Below the pieces are notes generated by a model that saw only the letters and a list, made by a program, of their open reading frames with translations, searched no databases and had not been told where the DNA came from. A program made the position numbers and the translations under genes. Below are positions 38,500 to 50,470 of a stretch of 64,000 nucleotides of DNA, one piece after another. Numbering within the stretch: position 1 is the first letter of the stretch; every line of letters starts with the position of its first letter. Origin of the DNA: the human T2T-CHM13v2.0 reference genome, Homo sapiens; the NCBI RefSeq assembly GCF_009914755.1, contig NC_060930.1; one strand, given 5' to 3'.

Positions 38500-39628
38500 G
38501 TGTATTAAGATTCATGGAAGGTACTTGAATCATAGAACTCTGAGTGCACAGATCAGACACACCAGAGAACTGAGTGCTCCTCTACCACATTCATTCATAA
38601 AAAGTACTTATTTAATGTTCCTACTAGATAGTAAGCCCCTGTATTAATCCTAGGGAGGAAAGGTAAACAAAAAACCTTTCTTCTTCCCAAAGAAATTCTT
38701 TCTCTAGGGGTGATATGAAACTATACAGTCCTAAGGCAGGTTTTGACAACAATCTTTCACAATTACTAAGTGTAGGGCTACAGAGTATCATAAATGACCA
38801 TCTGGTACAATTCTTTATACTGTTTAGGTTCCTTCTCTTTACTGCCCTTACCAAAGGAAAAAAATATCAACCCCCTCTATAGTAAGATAGCTCAAAATGA
38901 CCATCCTTAGAGAAACTTCAAGCTTCCACAAAAGGATTACTGCTTAATGCATTACTGGTTACAAGGCCCTTTTCAAATATATGTTATCAGCACCCTTTTC
39001 AAATAGTCTTTTTCAAGTTTATTCACTTCAGTGCTTCCCCCACTGCTCAGTACCATGAGGTCTCCTCTCCTTTCCCTGAATGTCACAATGCCTCTCCTCC
39101 CCTGCCAACCACTAGGCAATGGGGGAGGTAATCTTAAGTAGCACTTGCAAGAGAGAAAACCTGCAATTTCCATCTGTCAGGCAACTCAGGTGTAAGGGTC
39201 TCATCCTCCTTTCTTCCTGCAATATGGTTCTTATAAAAGACAGTTTCTGTTTAAAATTCTGAGGGCATGCTCTCTTTTCCACAGCACTAACAAGTGGTCA
39301 TGTAGCCTGCCTGGGCTTGAACATGCAAACTTCCACTAAGCACCATTCCCTCTTTAGCTCAGGCAGACAGCTATAAACCTCTTCCTTATACTGAGCTCAA
39401 GGTTGGTGTTGTGCCTTTCTTGTCACATATCCTGCTAATGCTCCACCAAGACAAATTTCCTGATGCCCCTCACAACCCACTCTCCTCTTTTCTCCCCAAG
39501 ACTCTGCTCTTGCTGTCCCTCCCTCTGGCTTATCCCTCCTGTCTCCCCTTTCCTTCCTTGCTTATTTTAAGATTGGTCTCAGGCATGGAACTCTCCAGGA
39601 AGCCAACCATGACCACCCCCAAAAAAAT

Positions 39629-40065
39629 TGTTCAATAGTATTTGTTAAAGTACAGTAAGGAAGATTTTACTCAGGACCACTGCTATAGGTATAGAGACCA
39701 CTGCAAAGGGGTCTTGCAGTGAGGGAGCGATTGGGCTCAACTTCGAATACAGCTTGGGTAAGTGGGAATTTATAGCCAAGGAACAGGATAGGGGTCAGTA
39801 ATAGAAAATTATTAAGAAGAAACACCAAGGGTAAGGGGGATTCTGGCTAAACCAACTTAACCACATTCTAAAACTAAGACAGGGTGGTCAGACATCACCG
39901 GTGGATGGTAGAGGATGAGGAACTCAATCAGATATGGATGGTGATTAAGGGTTGGAGGTTCTTGGTAAACTACTTTAGCAGAGTTCCTTGCCAAACCTGC
40001 ATTTTACAAGGAAGTCCACAGGTAAGCATAGGTGAAGGTTCAGAAGCCTAATCAAAGATTAGCCA
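39629..40065 (-). mobile_element. ERV1 LTR, MER31-like, inserted into an L2 3' end
   Basis: GTAAGGAAGATTTTACTCAGGACCACTGCTATAGGTATAG...GATTGGGCTCAACT...GGGAATTTATAGCCAAGGA...GGATTCTGGCTAAAC. L2 sequence on both sides. Confidence 0.65.
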
Positions 40066-40639
40066 GCAAACCCATCAGCCCAAACCCACTCCTACACCCT
40101 TATCTAAGGTTTGCTCAGCACTCCCCAAACTTTCTGTGCCTATCCCTAGTGTTTTACTCTCCCATTTCAGTTTGTTGTGATCATCTATGCACCTGACACC
40201 CCGATTCTAAACTGTAACCTTCTTGAAAGCATAAGCCATGTCTTATTCCACTTGACATTCGCAGTGCCTGCTACAAAACAGTCCCTCAAAAATGCTTGCT
40301 GAAAGAACAAACTCATTTTTTTCCTCCTGTAACTATCATTCATTGGTACAACTTTGATCGCATAGAACTAAAAACAAGGCTCTTCCTCTTTGGCAAGTCA
40401 TTCATACATTTGAGGACAAATATCATCTCATGTAGTAATTCATTCATTTGTTCATTTGATTAGCAAATATTTGATTAATAGTCTCCTACATGAACAGTGT
40501 AATTGTAGATACCATAGAAAAGAATAAGTAAAGAATAAACCTTGCCATTGAAAATTTTATAATTTTGGATAGTTTTCCTCGGTTTTCCCTTCTCACTTAT
40601 AAATTCCAACCCCTCACCTCATCCATCCCATTTAAACAA

Positions 40640-41030
40640 ATATTTATTAAATTTGATAATACATTCAAATAGTCAAAATAAAATTAAACAGGATGCACTG
40701 AGAAAACTTATTCCTATCCCTGACCCTGTCTACATTATTTCCACTCTGCCTGCTATGGATAACCTAATATTTTAAACTCATTTTTATTATTTTGGGATCT
40801 CTTTATGCAAATAAAGAATTAACAAATGCATATATTTTATTTCCCCCATTTTAAATAAATGAAAGGTAACTTTCTGTATATACTATTGTGCACCTTCATT
40901 TTTTGTGTGCTTAACAATATAGCTTGAAAATCTTTCCCAATTAGTACATAAAGAGCTTTCTCGTTCATTCTTTAATAACAGCAGGTTATTTCATTATGAG
41001 GTTGCATCATAGTTTATTAAATTAGTATCC
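40640..41030 (-). mobile_element. L1ME-type 3' fragment
   Basis: TATACTATTGTGCACCTT...CTTAACAATATAGCTTG...TCATTCTTT...TATTTCATT...CATCATAGTTTATT. Confidence 0.55.
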
Positions 41031-41039
41031 CAATTTTCG

Positions 41040-41410
41040 GCTATTGCTGCAGCCCCATAGTCTCCCAATTAAACATAGGGTTGCATTAGCTTTAAAGCAA
41101 TCGTGTTACCCTGCTGGCATCATTAATATGCAAGCTTTTACAAGAAAATGCTACTCTTTTCCACATGAAATAGAATGAAGTTATTTCTCCTCCATTCTTT
41201 ACTTTAAATGATTGATTTTGGTATAAAGGAGAAATTTTGCATGTATTACCACTAAACTTCATTTTTGTTTGTTTCAATTCATCATTCTCACATTCCAACA
41301 TGACTTCTTGAATCTTGACTCTATTATCAATCATATTAGCTGCTCCTCACAGATTGGTGGCATATACAAATTTGATAAGTATGTTTTCCATTTTTATCCA
41401 AATAATTGAT
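41040..41410 (-). mobile_element. CR1/L3 LINE reverse-transcriptase relic
   Basis: Minus-strand translation INYLD..LIKFVYATNL*GAANMIDNRVKIQE..MKFSGNTCKI aligns by eye to the CR1 RT motif INDLD..SKFADDTKLGG..IQRDL..MKFN..KCKV. Confidence 0.75.
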
Positions 41411-41989
41411 CTTCTTTTTCTGCCAGAATAAATCTCTTTCCCAGAGGAGGAGATCCTTCTTCTTATACCTTTGATTTCATCCCTTCAACGTTTGCTGGTT
41501 GCATGTTCCCTCAGTTAGTCCTGCTTTCCACAACACCTCCACTTTCCCTCTCTATTCATATCATTCATAGGCTATCCTCAGAATACTTCCCTTTCCCTTT
41601 ACATCCACCTTAAATTCCACTGGACTCTGCTAACTTCTTAATTTATTTTCTTTCTTTCACAGGAAAATTTCTCAAATGCAGGTCTGTACTCAAGGTTTCC
41701 ACTTCCTTCCCTCCTGTTCTGGATACCACATGACCACCAATGGTACCAATCACCCTCAACTCACAAGTCTCCCCTGCTCCTCCACGGATGTTGAAACATC
41801 AACAATTTTGCAACACAAGGCCCAGATGCCTCGCAGACAACCTCTGATTGTTGCTAAGTAGTGGATGCCTGATCTTGACAGACTTAGCTTACTTCCTGTT
41901 GCCTTCCTCCCAAACCAATACACTCAGTGAGAGCTTTTGATTTTGTGGCCCCTGCTTTAAGGTAAACAAGACTGAGTTCTAAACAAATT

Positions 41990-42430
41990 CTCCAAAACTA
42001 CCTCCACATGACCCCTTCAAAGCAATTGTCTTTGCATAATATGCATTTATTCCAGAGTATGGCCATTGCTCAAAATATTTTAAAAATCTGTCTCTAATGC
42101 ATCCTTTTATGTAATCTTAGTGGTAGAAAATAGTTTTTCATTAAAGAGTATATTTAAATTCACATTTAAGCCAAAAGTTATTTGAAAAAGTAAAAGTTTA
42201 ATTTGACTAATGTTTTTAGTAAAAAACAGAGAGCAATTTGCAGTGTAGATTAATTTTCCTGTGAAACTGTTTTAAGGCAATTCTGCAAAAAGAAATTAAA
42301 AATATTATCTGAATAATGTCAGCATGTTTATTAAAATAAGTATAGTTTTTTTAAGGAGACTACCTTGAAAGTGAACATCCCTTTGAATGTATTTGATTTG
42401 GTTTGTTTAAAAATAGAGTCTCTTTACTTA
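41990..42430 (+). mobile_element. MARNA-like ancient mariner relic
   Basis: CCCCTTCAAAG...ATTTATTCCAG...CCATTGCTCAAAATATTTT at the left end and GACTACCTTGAAAGTGAACA...AGTCTCTTTACTT at the right end. Confidence 0.6.
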
Positions 42431-42604
42431 CCTAACTGGAATAATGAGACTACCATCCCCACCATTCCCAGTTTCCCCAATACCACCTTCAGTGGGGGCC
42501 AGGGAGGAAGAGGCCCCTGGTCTAAGAATTTACTAGCTCCAGTAAGCCTTCATGTTGTGAGGAGAGCAGTCACTGACAAGTATATGATCTAGTAATGGAC
42601 CATA

Positions 42605-43154
42605 TACTTATTATAAGGAATTTCCTTGCTCAATTATAAAGGTTAAAAAGTCCAAAGATCTGCAGTCAGCAAGCAGGAGACCCTGGAAAGCCAATGGTAT
42701 AGTTTCAGTATGGGTCTGAAGGCCTGAAAGTCAGAATAGCTGATGGTGTAAGTTCCAGTCTGAAAACCAGTAGGCTCAAAACCCAAAAGTGGATTTTTTC
42801 TTTGATTTCAAAGGCAGAAAAAGATTAATGTTCCAAAACAAAGAACATTAAAACTATATATACATAGTTTTATATATTTTTTATTATATACATATATATA
42901 ATGAAAGAAGATTAATGTTCCAGCTCAAGTAGTCAGGCAGGAGGAGTTCCCTTTTACTCAGCCTATTTGTTCAAGTCTTCAATTGATTGGATGAGGCCCA
43001 CCCACATTAGGTGGATGATCTGCTTTTCTCAGTCTATTGACTTAAATGCTAATCTCATCCAAAAATACCCTCAAAGACACACCCAGAATAATATTTGACC
43101 AAATGTCTGGGTACTCCATGGCCCACTCAAGTTGACACATGAAATTAATCATTA
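42605..43154 (-). mobile_element. ERVL LTR, MLT2B-type (partial) carrying an AT-rich insertion
   Basis: GATCTGCAGTCAGCAAGC..GAGACCC, GATTGGATGAGGCCCACCCACATT, CACCCAGAATAATATTTGACCAAATGTCTGGG, CAAGTTGACACAT. Confidence 0.85.
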
Positions 43155-44106
43155 AGTCTTTTAAAATTCATTTATTTTCATTTTTAAAATATGGATTTCT
43201 GGCTCCTCTTGCCATAATTCAAATATTACAGCAGGGGAGACTCATTGCTATGTAGTAACAGAAAGGTGGAGAAGGTAGAGGTTGCCACCATCCTCACCCT
43301 GCTCTGTGATACTGTGCCCTGCACTCACTTGAGTTTCTTGACTGGCCTCTGCACCATCTGAATCCGGCATCTCCCAGTTGAAGCTGTATTGTTAATTAGA
43401 GTTGATGTTGGTCTTTGAGAGGTTTGTGCATGTGTAAATGTGTGTGTGTTCCTATAGTTATTATCTTTGAGACAATGAGAAAAACGAAGAGACATATACA
43501 CAACTTATATAATGGGGAGTCTTTCAAGGGGAACTGAAATCGAAGTGCACATAGCCACCTTAATGAGTTTTAAAGGATCTGAAATATCAAGATCCCTTCT
43601 TCCTATTCCCTGGCTACCCTGAGATGCAGAGAGTGACAAAAGGACACCACAGACTGTCTTACTGGAACTCCTGTGGCATTATTCTAGACTGAATTATGCA
43701 GACACAGGAACATGTAGTGTTGGGGAAAGGGGGCTTGATCTTGAGGCAGAACAATAAATTCTAGAGCTTTTGCATTGATTGGAATAGAAGTGATTCTGAA
43801 AGTGAGTAAATACCCAAGGACACTGGTTACTAAGCACTTTTAAAAACATTGATTTCTCAGTCCTTAATTTCAGGCAAATATTGACTGTTCCTTAATGCTA
43901 AGAGGCATAAGTGAAGATTAAGCGCTGAGCCAGAGAGCAACTTTGGGCTAAAGAGAAATAAATTCAAATTCCATTACAAAAGTAGTGAAATCCAAGTGCT
44001 GAATAAATTAACACGTGGTTTCTACCCACCTAGATACCTGGGATCCTCTAATACTTCCTTCCAGTACTCACCAGTAACCTCCCAGGTAAACTTATATAAG
44101 CTTCAT

Positions 44107-44123
44107 TTTGCCCTCTGGTGGAA
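44107..44123 (-). promoter_or_regulatory. Candidate CTCF motif (best match in the window)
   Basis: Minus strand TTCCACCAGAGGGCAAA matches the core CCACCAGAGGGC. Confidence 0.5.
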
Positions 44124-44335
44124 AACGAAGTTCTAAAGTTCCATTAGGCAAAAAAAGCATATTATATTCTTTTACTCCACATGGCTCTTAAGTAGGATTT
44201 TCATATAACAATGGCTCAACAAATATACACTAAATGAATGAATTTAATTTCCTTAAATATGTTTCTCATAGTTAAATTCAACAGTCATGTTAGCTGAGGG
44301 GCCACTGAGTAAAGAAAATAAAATTTTGATAGATA

Positions 44336-44338
<3 letters not shown>

Positions 44339-44378
<40 letters not shown>
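44339..44378. repeat. (AC)20 microsatellite
   Basis: Read directly from the sequence. Confidence 0.97.
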
Positions 44379-44379
<1 letters not shown>

Positions 44380-44887
44380 AGTTAAAACACCACTCTACCT
44401 TGCTGTTATTTAATCAGCATGGCAAAGGTGAGAAGAGGGAGTCAATTCTCAAACTTATAAATGTGTTCTCAGTCACAGGTGCATAATTACTTTGCAAAGC
44501 CTATTAATTAAATCTTCCAAGTATTAATAGACTCCTAAGTTAACATGTTTTCCCCCACAATTGTGTTCACCTAATTCATACTTGAAGGCAAAGGTACACA
44601 CAGAATTTCTAACTCATCCATGTGCAGAAAATTGTAGAGTAATCAGAAATCAGGGACAGAAGACTCACATTGAAAAAACAAGAGATAAAGGATAAAGAGA
44701 ACTCAAAGCTAAATTACAAAGCATTTTTATGATGCTTCCTTTTGTTGGAATTGTGAAACTTTGGTGATTTTTGCAAAGGGAAATAATGTGATGAATTCAT
44801 TTTCTAGATAAAAATAATTTGGCAGCTTCTTCAGACTCTCCCCTTCTGAAGTACGAGAGATGATGGGAGGGTGCTACCTTATGTAAT

Positions 44888-45246
44888 TATATTAGTCCAT
44901 TTTCACACTGCTGATAAAGACACATCTGAGACTGAGCTATTTACAAAAGAAAGAGGTTTAACTGGACTTACAGTTCCACGTGACTGGGGAAACCTCACAA
45001 TCATGGCAGAAGGCAAGGAGGAGCAAGTCCCATCTTACGTGGATAGCAGCAGGCAAAAAATGAGAGAGCTTGTGCAGGAGAATGCCTCTTTTTAAAACCA
45101 TTAGATCTCATGAGACTTATTCACTATCATGAGAACAGTAGGGGAAAGACTTGCTCCCATGATTACATTATCTCCCACCAGGTCCTTCCCACAACATGTG
45201 GAAATTCAAGATGAGATTTGGGTGGTGACACAGCCAAACCATACCA
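44888..45246 (-). mobile_element. THE1B-type MaLR solo LTR
   Basis: TATATTAGTCCATTTTCACACTGCTGATAAAGAC...CACAATCATGGCAGAAGGCAAGGAGGAGCAAGTC...GATGAGATTTGGGTGGTGACACAGCCAAACCATACCA. Flanked by a 17-bp direct repeat. Confidence 0.93.
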
Positions 45247-46040
45247 GTGCTACCTTATGTAATCCAATGATCCAGGTGGGAGGTAATGGGTTTACATTAG
45301 GGCATTACTGGTGAGAATGGAGACAGTGACACATAGCATAGATGTTCTGAAGGAGCAAGTAATAAGGATTCATGCCTGACAGAATGCAAGAAAAATGATC
45401 AAGTGTAATATCAAAGTTTCTACTTTGTATGATTGAGATAATGAAGATTCCATTGATAGAAATATTAGAAACAAATTGTCCATGGATATGCCTGGTCTTA
45501 GATGGCAGAAGGACATATCTTCTTTGTACGTAGTTTCCTCCTCCATAGAGAGGAGAAAATAGCATCTGTTTTTCAAATTTTAACGAAGATTAAATGAGAT
45601 AATATAAAGTACTAAGAACAGTATCTGGGATGTCCTAAGCATCATCTAAGTCTTTGCCAATGTGTAAATACATTATCATAGACAGTTTCAGGTGTAAGAA
45701 GATAATTTAAATATGAGGTTTTCAACTACAATATAGATTTGAGTATCATCAACCTCTTTCCTGGATCAAGCCCTTTGTATTTGCTAATTTTTTTCTCCTG
45801 TCCTTCAAATGGCTAGATTATTTTTCATTATTCAGGCCTTATCTCCCTTGCTACACCAACAGAAACATTTCCATGTCTAAATTAGCTCAGATTCAAAATT
45901 CCCACATCGGTTTGTCTTTATACCACCCCATTGTTATCAGAAATCTTGCCCCAATGGTAATTGTTGTTTTTAGTTTATTAGTTTACTATTCCCACAAACT
46001 GGGATACCATACTAGGATGTGAGCACCAAAAGACAAAAAG

Positions 46041-46193
46041 TTTTGTTGTTAGTGGTGGTGTTAATGGTGGTGGTGGTGGTGGTGATACACATACAGAAAC
46101 ACTGCAATTGACAAAAACTCAGGTGGACCCTCACAGAACTGAGTGAAATGCTTGTCCAGGCATTACTAGGATTTATATTTTCACAGTTTCTCT
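46041..46193 (+). repeat. Dispersed local duplication, copy A (twin at 47555-47718)
   Basis: Core 46082-46188 is identical to 47608-47713 except for one 1-bp indel; both are preceded by a (GGT)n-rich tract. Confidence 0.95.
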
Positions 46194-46244
46194 AGTTGGT
46201 TCACCACTGAATCTCTGGCACTTAATATGGTTCCTGATACCCAA

Positions 46245-46629
46245 TGAGAAGTTGCCTCTGTTAAAATCAGAAGGGTGTGCAGGAATAAGGGACTTAAAAG
46301 GGATAGAAAGCCACACACAGAAGCAACAGATGGAAGGTGTCATTGACTGTAGGTAAAAATAGCAGGAGGAGGAAGTGATGTTACCTGAGCTCTGGAGTGG
46401 GAGAAAAGGGGCCAACGACAAGAGCTGAAACCAGGATCTCAGTTCAACAGTGAGGAGATGAGAGGAGAAATAATCACCCCAACTCACTTTCCCCCCATCC
46501 TTCTATTGTCCAAGTCTAACCCAATACCAGAGAACAAGGGAGATGAGTGATACAGCTGTAGAAGTCATCCGCCCATGGCACAAAGCACGGCAAAGAAGGA
46601 TTTGCAGCAAGCAGAGAATGACCAGCACA
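46245..46629 (-). mobile_element. Ancient ERVL LTR (LTR33/LTR40/LTR41-like) splitting an L2 tail
   Basis: Minus strand starts TGTGCTGGTCATTCTC and contains CTCCCTTGTTCTCTGG..GGGTTAGACTTGGACAAT. L2 tail resumes GCACTCAATGAATACTTG at 46630. Confidence 0.5.
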
Positions 46630-47554
46630 GCACTCAATGAATACTTGTGGTTTTTAAATCTATGTATACATGAGAGTTAACACTGAAGGAATAGACAAGA
46701 ACTCTAGCCAAAGTGTGATTAGATATGAACAAGAAATCAAGAAGCAACTATTTTTAAATGCCCTTATCTAGGGAATGAGAAAAAATGGAAGTTTAAGAGA
46801 AAAATATGACATTTGTTGAGGGTCACTACACTTTTCCATCACTATTTTCCATGGGCTAAAATTTTAATAGTAAATATTTTTAATAAGCAATTTTCCTTTC
46901 CCACATTTTGATTGAGACAAATTTCCCATTCCTTTTGAGGCTTATGGTGTTCATCTGACCTATTTAAAATGTAGAGTTCTGCCTTTGATAGTCTACTGGT
47001 AGGAAAAAAAAGATGAATATAATAAAAAAGAGGAAAAAGTCAATTGATTTCTACTACTGTCTTTTAAAAATTAAAATAAAATTTGTCAATTGATTACAGT
47101 CACCATATCTCTAAGCAAATTACCCTCAGGAATTTTAAGACAAACTTAGAAAAGATGAAGTAGATAAGACTTAGAAAAAGTGAACTAAGCAGATGTCAAA
47201 ATGTCCTGCCTTCTCAGATAAGTCAGAAAAGCAGAAGAGTGAAAAATCATGAAAAATATAACAGATGAAAAAGGGAGGTCAGTTTCAAACTTGCAGATTT
47301 TAAGTAGATAGTTTCCATATTTGGAGATGGAGTAGGCTACACACTGAGCCATTCTAAGCAAATTTTACTTATAGAGAACATTCCCTACAGAAACTATAAT
47401 ATCTATATAGAGTTACTCAGAATGTTTGCAAACCTTTGGCAATCTACAACCCAAGATAAGATCTAAGTGTCTTGGTAAACAACAGGTCTCATTAGGCTCT
47501 TTGAAGCTGTGGTCTGTTGATGAGATGTTTCAAAGAGGACAGAGACTGTGTTGT

Positions 47555-47718
47555 TTTTGTTGTTAGTGGCGGTGGTAATGGTGGTGGTGATGGTGGTGGT
47601 GGTGGTTGTGATACACATACAGAAACACTGCAATTGACAAAAATCAGGTGGACCCTCACAGAACTGAGTGAAATGCTTGTCCAGGCATTACTAGGATTTA
47701 TATTTTCACAGTTGCTCT
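47555..47718 (+). repeat. Dispersed local duplication, copy B
   Basis: Same sequence as copy A; the GGT tract is longer in this copy. Confidence 0.95.
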
Positions 47719-48189
47719 TTTATAAGACCTAACATTGCCAACAGTGCCCCATCATAGCTCTCTAACATAAACTGTGATAACTAAAGCCCGAAACATTTCA
47801 TTTTTTATAAAACTATCTAAACTTAGGCACTCAGATTATTTCATATGAGTTCTATTTGAAACGTCTCTAGAAATTTTCTAGGATGAAAATAAATCTGATA
47901 ATTTTTATTTATCAAGGAAATAGGCTTGTCAGTTCTCTATTATCCACGTCCGGGGAAATTGAGAATGATTTCAAAGAATCATCAAGCCCTTGGAATTTGG
48001 TTTAAGAAAAACCTCAACCATACAGCAGTGCTGGCAGACAATTAGAGAGTATTTTAATGCTCTGAAGATTAATGACATAATGAGAAGAACTTTAGCACCA
48101 TTTTACCTTTATATCCCCATAATATTGCCCTTTTGGTTACAAAAACTGCAGCATTCAGGCAGAAATACTGGGTCAGAGTGAATTATCCT

Positions 48190-48326
48190 TAGAATGTGGG
48201 GCCGAGACTTAGTCGATCTTTCTAGGCCCATTATCCCTAGGGGCTAGATAATATCTGGCACATAATATGCACTCAATAAATAGCTGCTGAATTAAAATGA
48301 ATGAATGAATGAATGAACGAATGAAT
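48190..48326 (+). mobile_element. L2 3' end with (ATGA)n tail
   Basis: TCTGGCACATAATATGCACTCAATAAATAGCTGCTGAA...ATGAATGAATGAATGAA. Confidence 0.8.
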
Positions 48327-50234
48327 AATCACTTTAACTTGATCTAAAACACTCATCTCGAGAATGGAGAAAATTAGTAAATAGCGAATCATACTGGAAC
48401 CTTGAGTGAAGACAGCCTGAGTATAGCTGAATTTCGATTATAATAATAAATTTGTTTGACCTAAAATTTTCCTTTATGGTTCAGGAAGCCCTCCTTATAG
48501 AACCTTCCCATAACATGGAACCTGCTCAGTTTAAGATTTAACAGAGCAATTCTTTCCTGACATCCAAGCCTCCTCACATTTTTAAGTCACAAGCCCTAAA
48601 AACTGATACTAACTATATCAGGCTTCATGCGTATTTTAGGAAAATTTGTGAATTTTTGTTCTTCGCATGATTGGAAATTGAGACAACAATGTTCTTCTTT
48701 TATCTAGTTAGGTAAGTGAGATGATCCCATCTTCATCCTAAATTCAGTCTCTTATGATCCCGACCCTAGGTAATTTTTTCTTTGATTTCACATTGAGAGA
48801 CAGAAGTGAAGATAAAGAATCCTTATAAACTTTAGCCCAAAAGGAAAATGAATTTAATCCACTTGTTTTTATTTATTCTGGAAACAGGTATTCTAATTAG
48901 TGAATTGGGAGCTCTCTCATGTGCTTCTCTGCAGAAAGCTTTCAAGGAAAGATTCAGCTCCACTTGATTATCTATGGAACCAGAGTTGTGAATAGATGAC
49001 TAATGGAGAATGTCTTTTGACTTGGCTCTCAAGTTGCATTCATCACATTCATTCATGGCACCAGTTCTACGGATGTCTTCTCCAGAGGCAGAAAGTTTCG
49101 CCATTTGGCCACCAGCTGATCTGGATATAGGCAAACCACACCATCTCCAGTATCCCTTTAAGAAAATGTTTCTCTTGCCATCTGCCAAGAAGCCAGAAAC
49201 TGTGTTTTTAGTTGTGAAGGTTTGGATTGTCCTCTTTTTTATTTATTCAAGAAAATAATATGTACTGGTTGCCTACTTCATGCCAGGCACTCTGCTAAGA
49301 GTTGATCTTATGTGATGTGAGGCCAACTACCTCTAGGAGAAAGAGATCATTTTAAACTACAAGTGAGTTCTGTGTATGAGCATGAACTGGAATTCAACTC
49401 AGATTGTTCCGAAACCTTCTGTGTGCTGGGCATTCCTATATTAATTATTCCCTGTGATACCCATATTTTATAAATTTTTAAAAATGAGAGAGCCTGATTA
49501 GTCACCTCCAGATCAGAGAGTCATGGAGTAAGCCTCCTTCTTCACACACTGAGTTCTCTCTACCAAAACTCACTTTTATGTGCTACGTTTACTACCTTGG
49601 AGTTGTCTTCCCTACACTGGTGTTTCTCTTCCATTATATATGCCAAACTTGAAGAAAATGTGAGGCAAATAAATGTTATTTTATGAGAACCAAGAAATTT
49701 CAAAATTCTCTAGAGACTAAAATTTTAAAATAGGAATAAAATGCAAAGAATGGTTACAGTATTTTGAGAAATATGGCAAATGAAGATAGATTAAAAGTAG
49801 ACTTAACTGAAAACTAACTTTTTAAATTTAAACAGATGCCTACAAACTAAACAGAATCTCTGATGAACTTAAAGGGTCAAGTTATTTCATGTCCTAAAAG
49901 AGGGGTCTGGTTGAAAACCCTAATTAAAGTTTCTAGGATAAGTCCCATAAACTTGAAACTCAAACTGGAAGCCTATATGTGTGTGCCAATTATTTTTCAG
50001 GCTAGATAGAATACAAGTCCTTGGCTTAAAATTCAATTCCCTTCAAAATCTGGTGGTGATTTCTTCTTCCAACTTGGACCAACCCTCCAATCTGATTTCA
50101 TTGTGTCTCCTGAGCCCTCATAGTGGTCCATGTATGTCTGGGTAATAGCACTTACACTATATTGTAGTCATTGGTTATTCATCCATGTTCCCATAGATGA
50201 TAGTCTTGGAGGACAGAAGCTGAATGTTTAAAGC

Positions 50235-50470
50235 TAATATGTTTTGAGTACATAGCCCTGTGCCAGACATTGCTCAAAGTGTGTTTCTTACTTAATTCTC
50301 AAAACAGTTCTGTGGTCTAGGTAAATCCCCATTTTGCAGATTAAAACAAAACAAAACAAAAAAACAAGTAAACAAGATTAGGTGACCTGACCAAAACCAA
50401 CAACTCCTAATTCAAACTTAGAATTTAAATCCAATAAATCTAGCTCCAAAGCTTAACCACTTAACCACAC
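50235..50470 (-). mobile_element. MIR SINE nested in an L2 tail (L2 approx. 50040-50570)
   Basis: TGTGCCAGACATTGCTC...CCCCATTTTGCAGAT...GGTGACCTGACCAA. L2 tail CTAGCACAGAGCAGATGCTCAATAAGTG follows. Confidence 0.65.

Noticed and set aside
49010-49258. 82-aa ATG-initiated ORF in unique sequence
   Set aside because: No recognisable homology, promoter or splice context; the length is within chance expectation.
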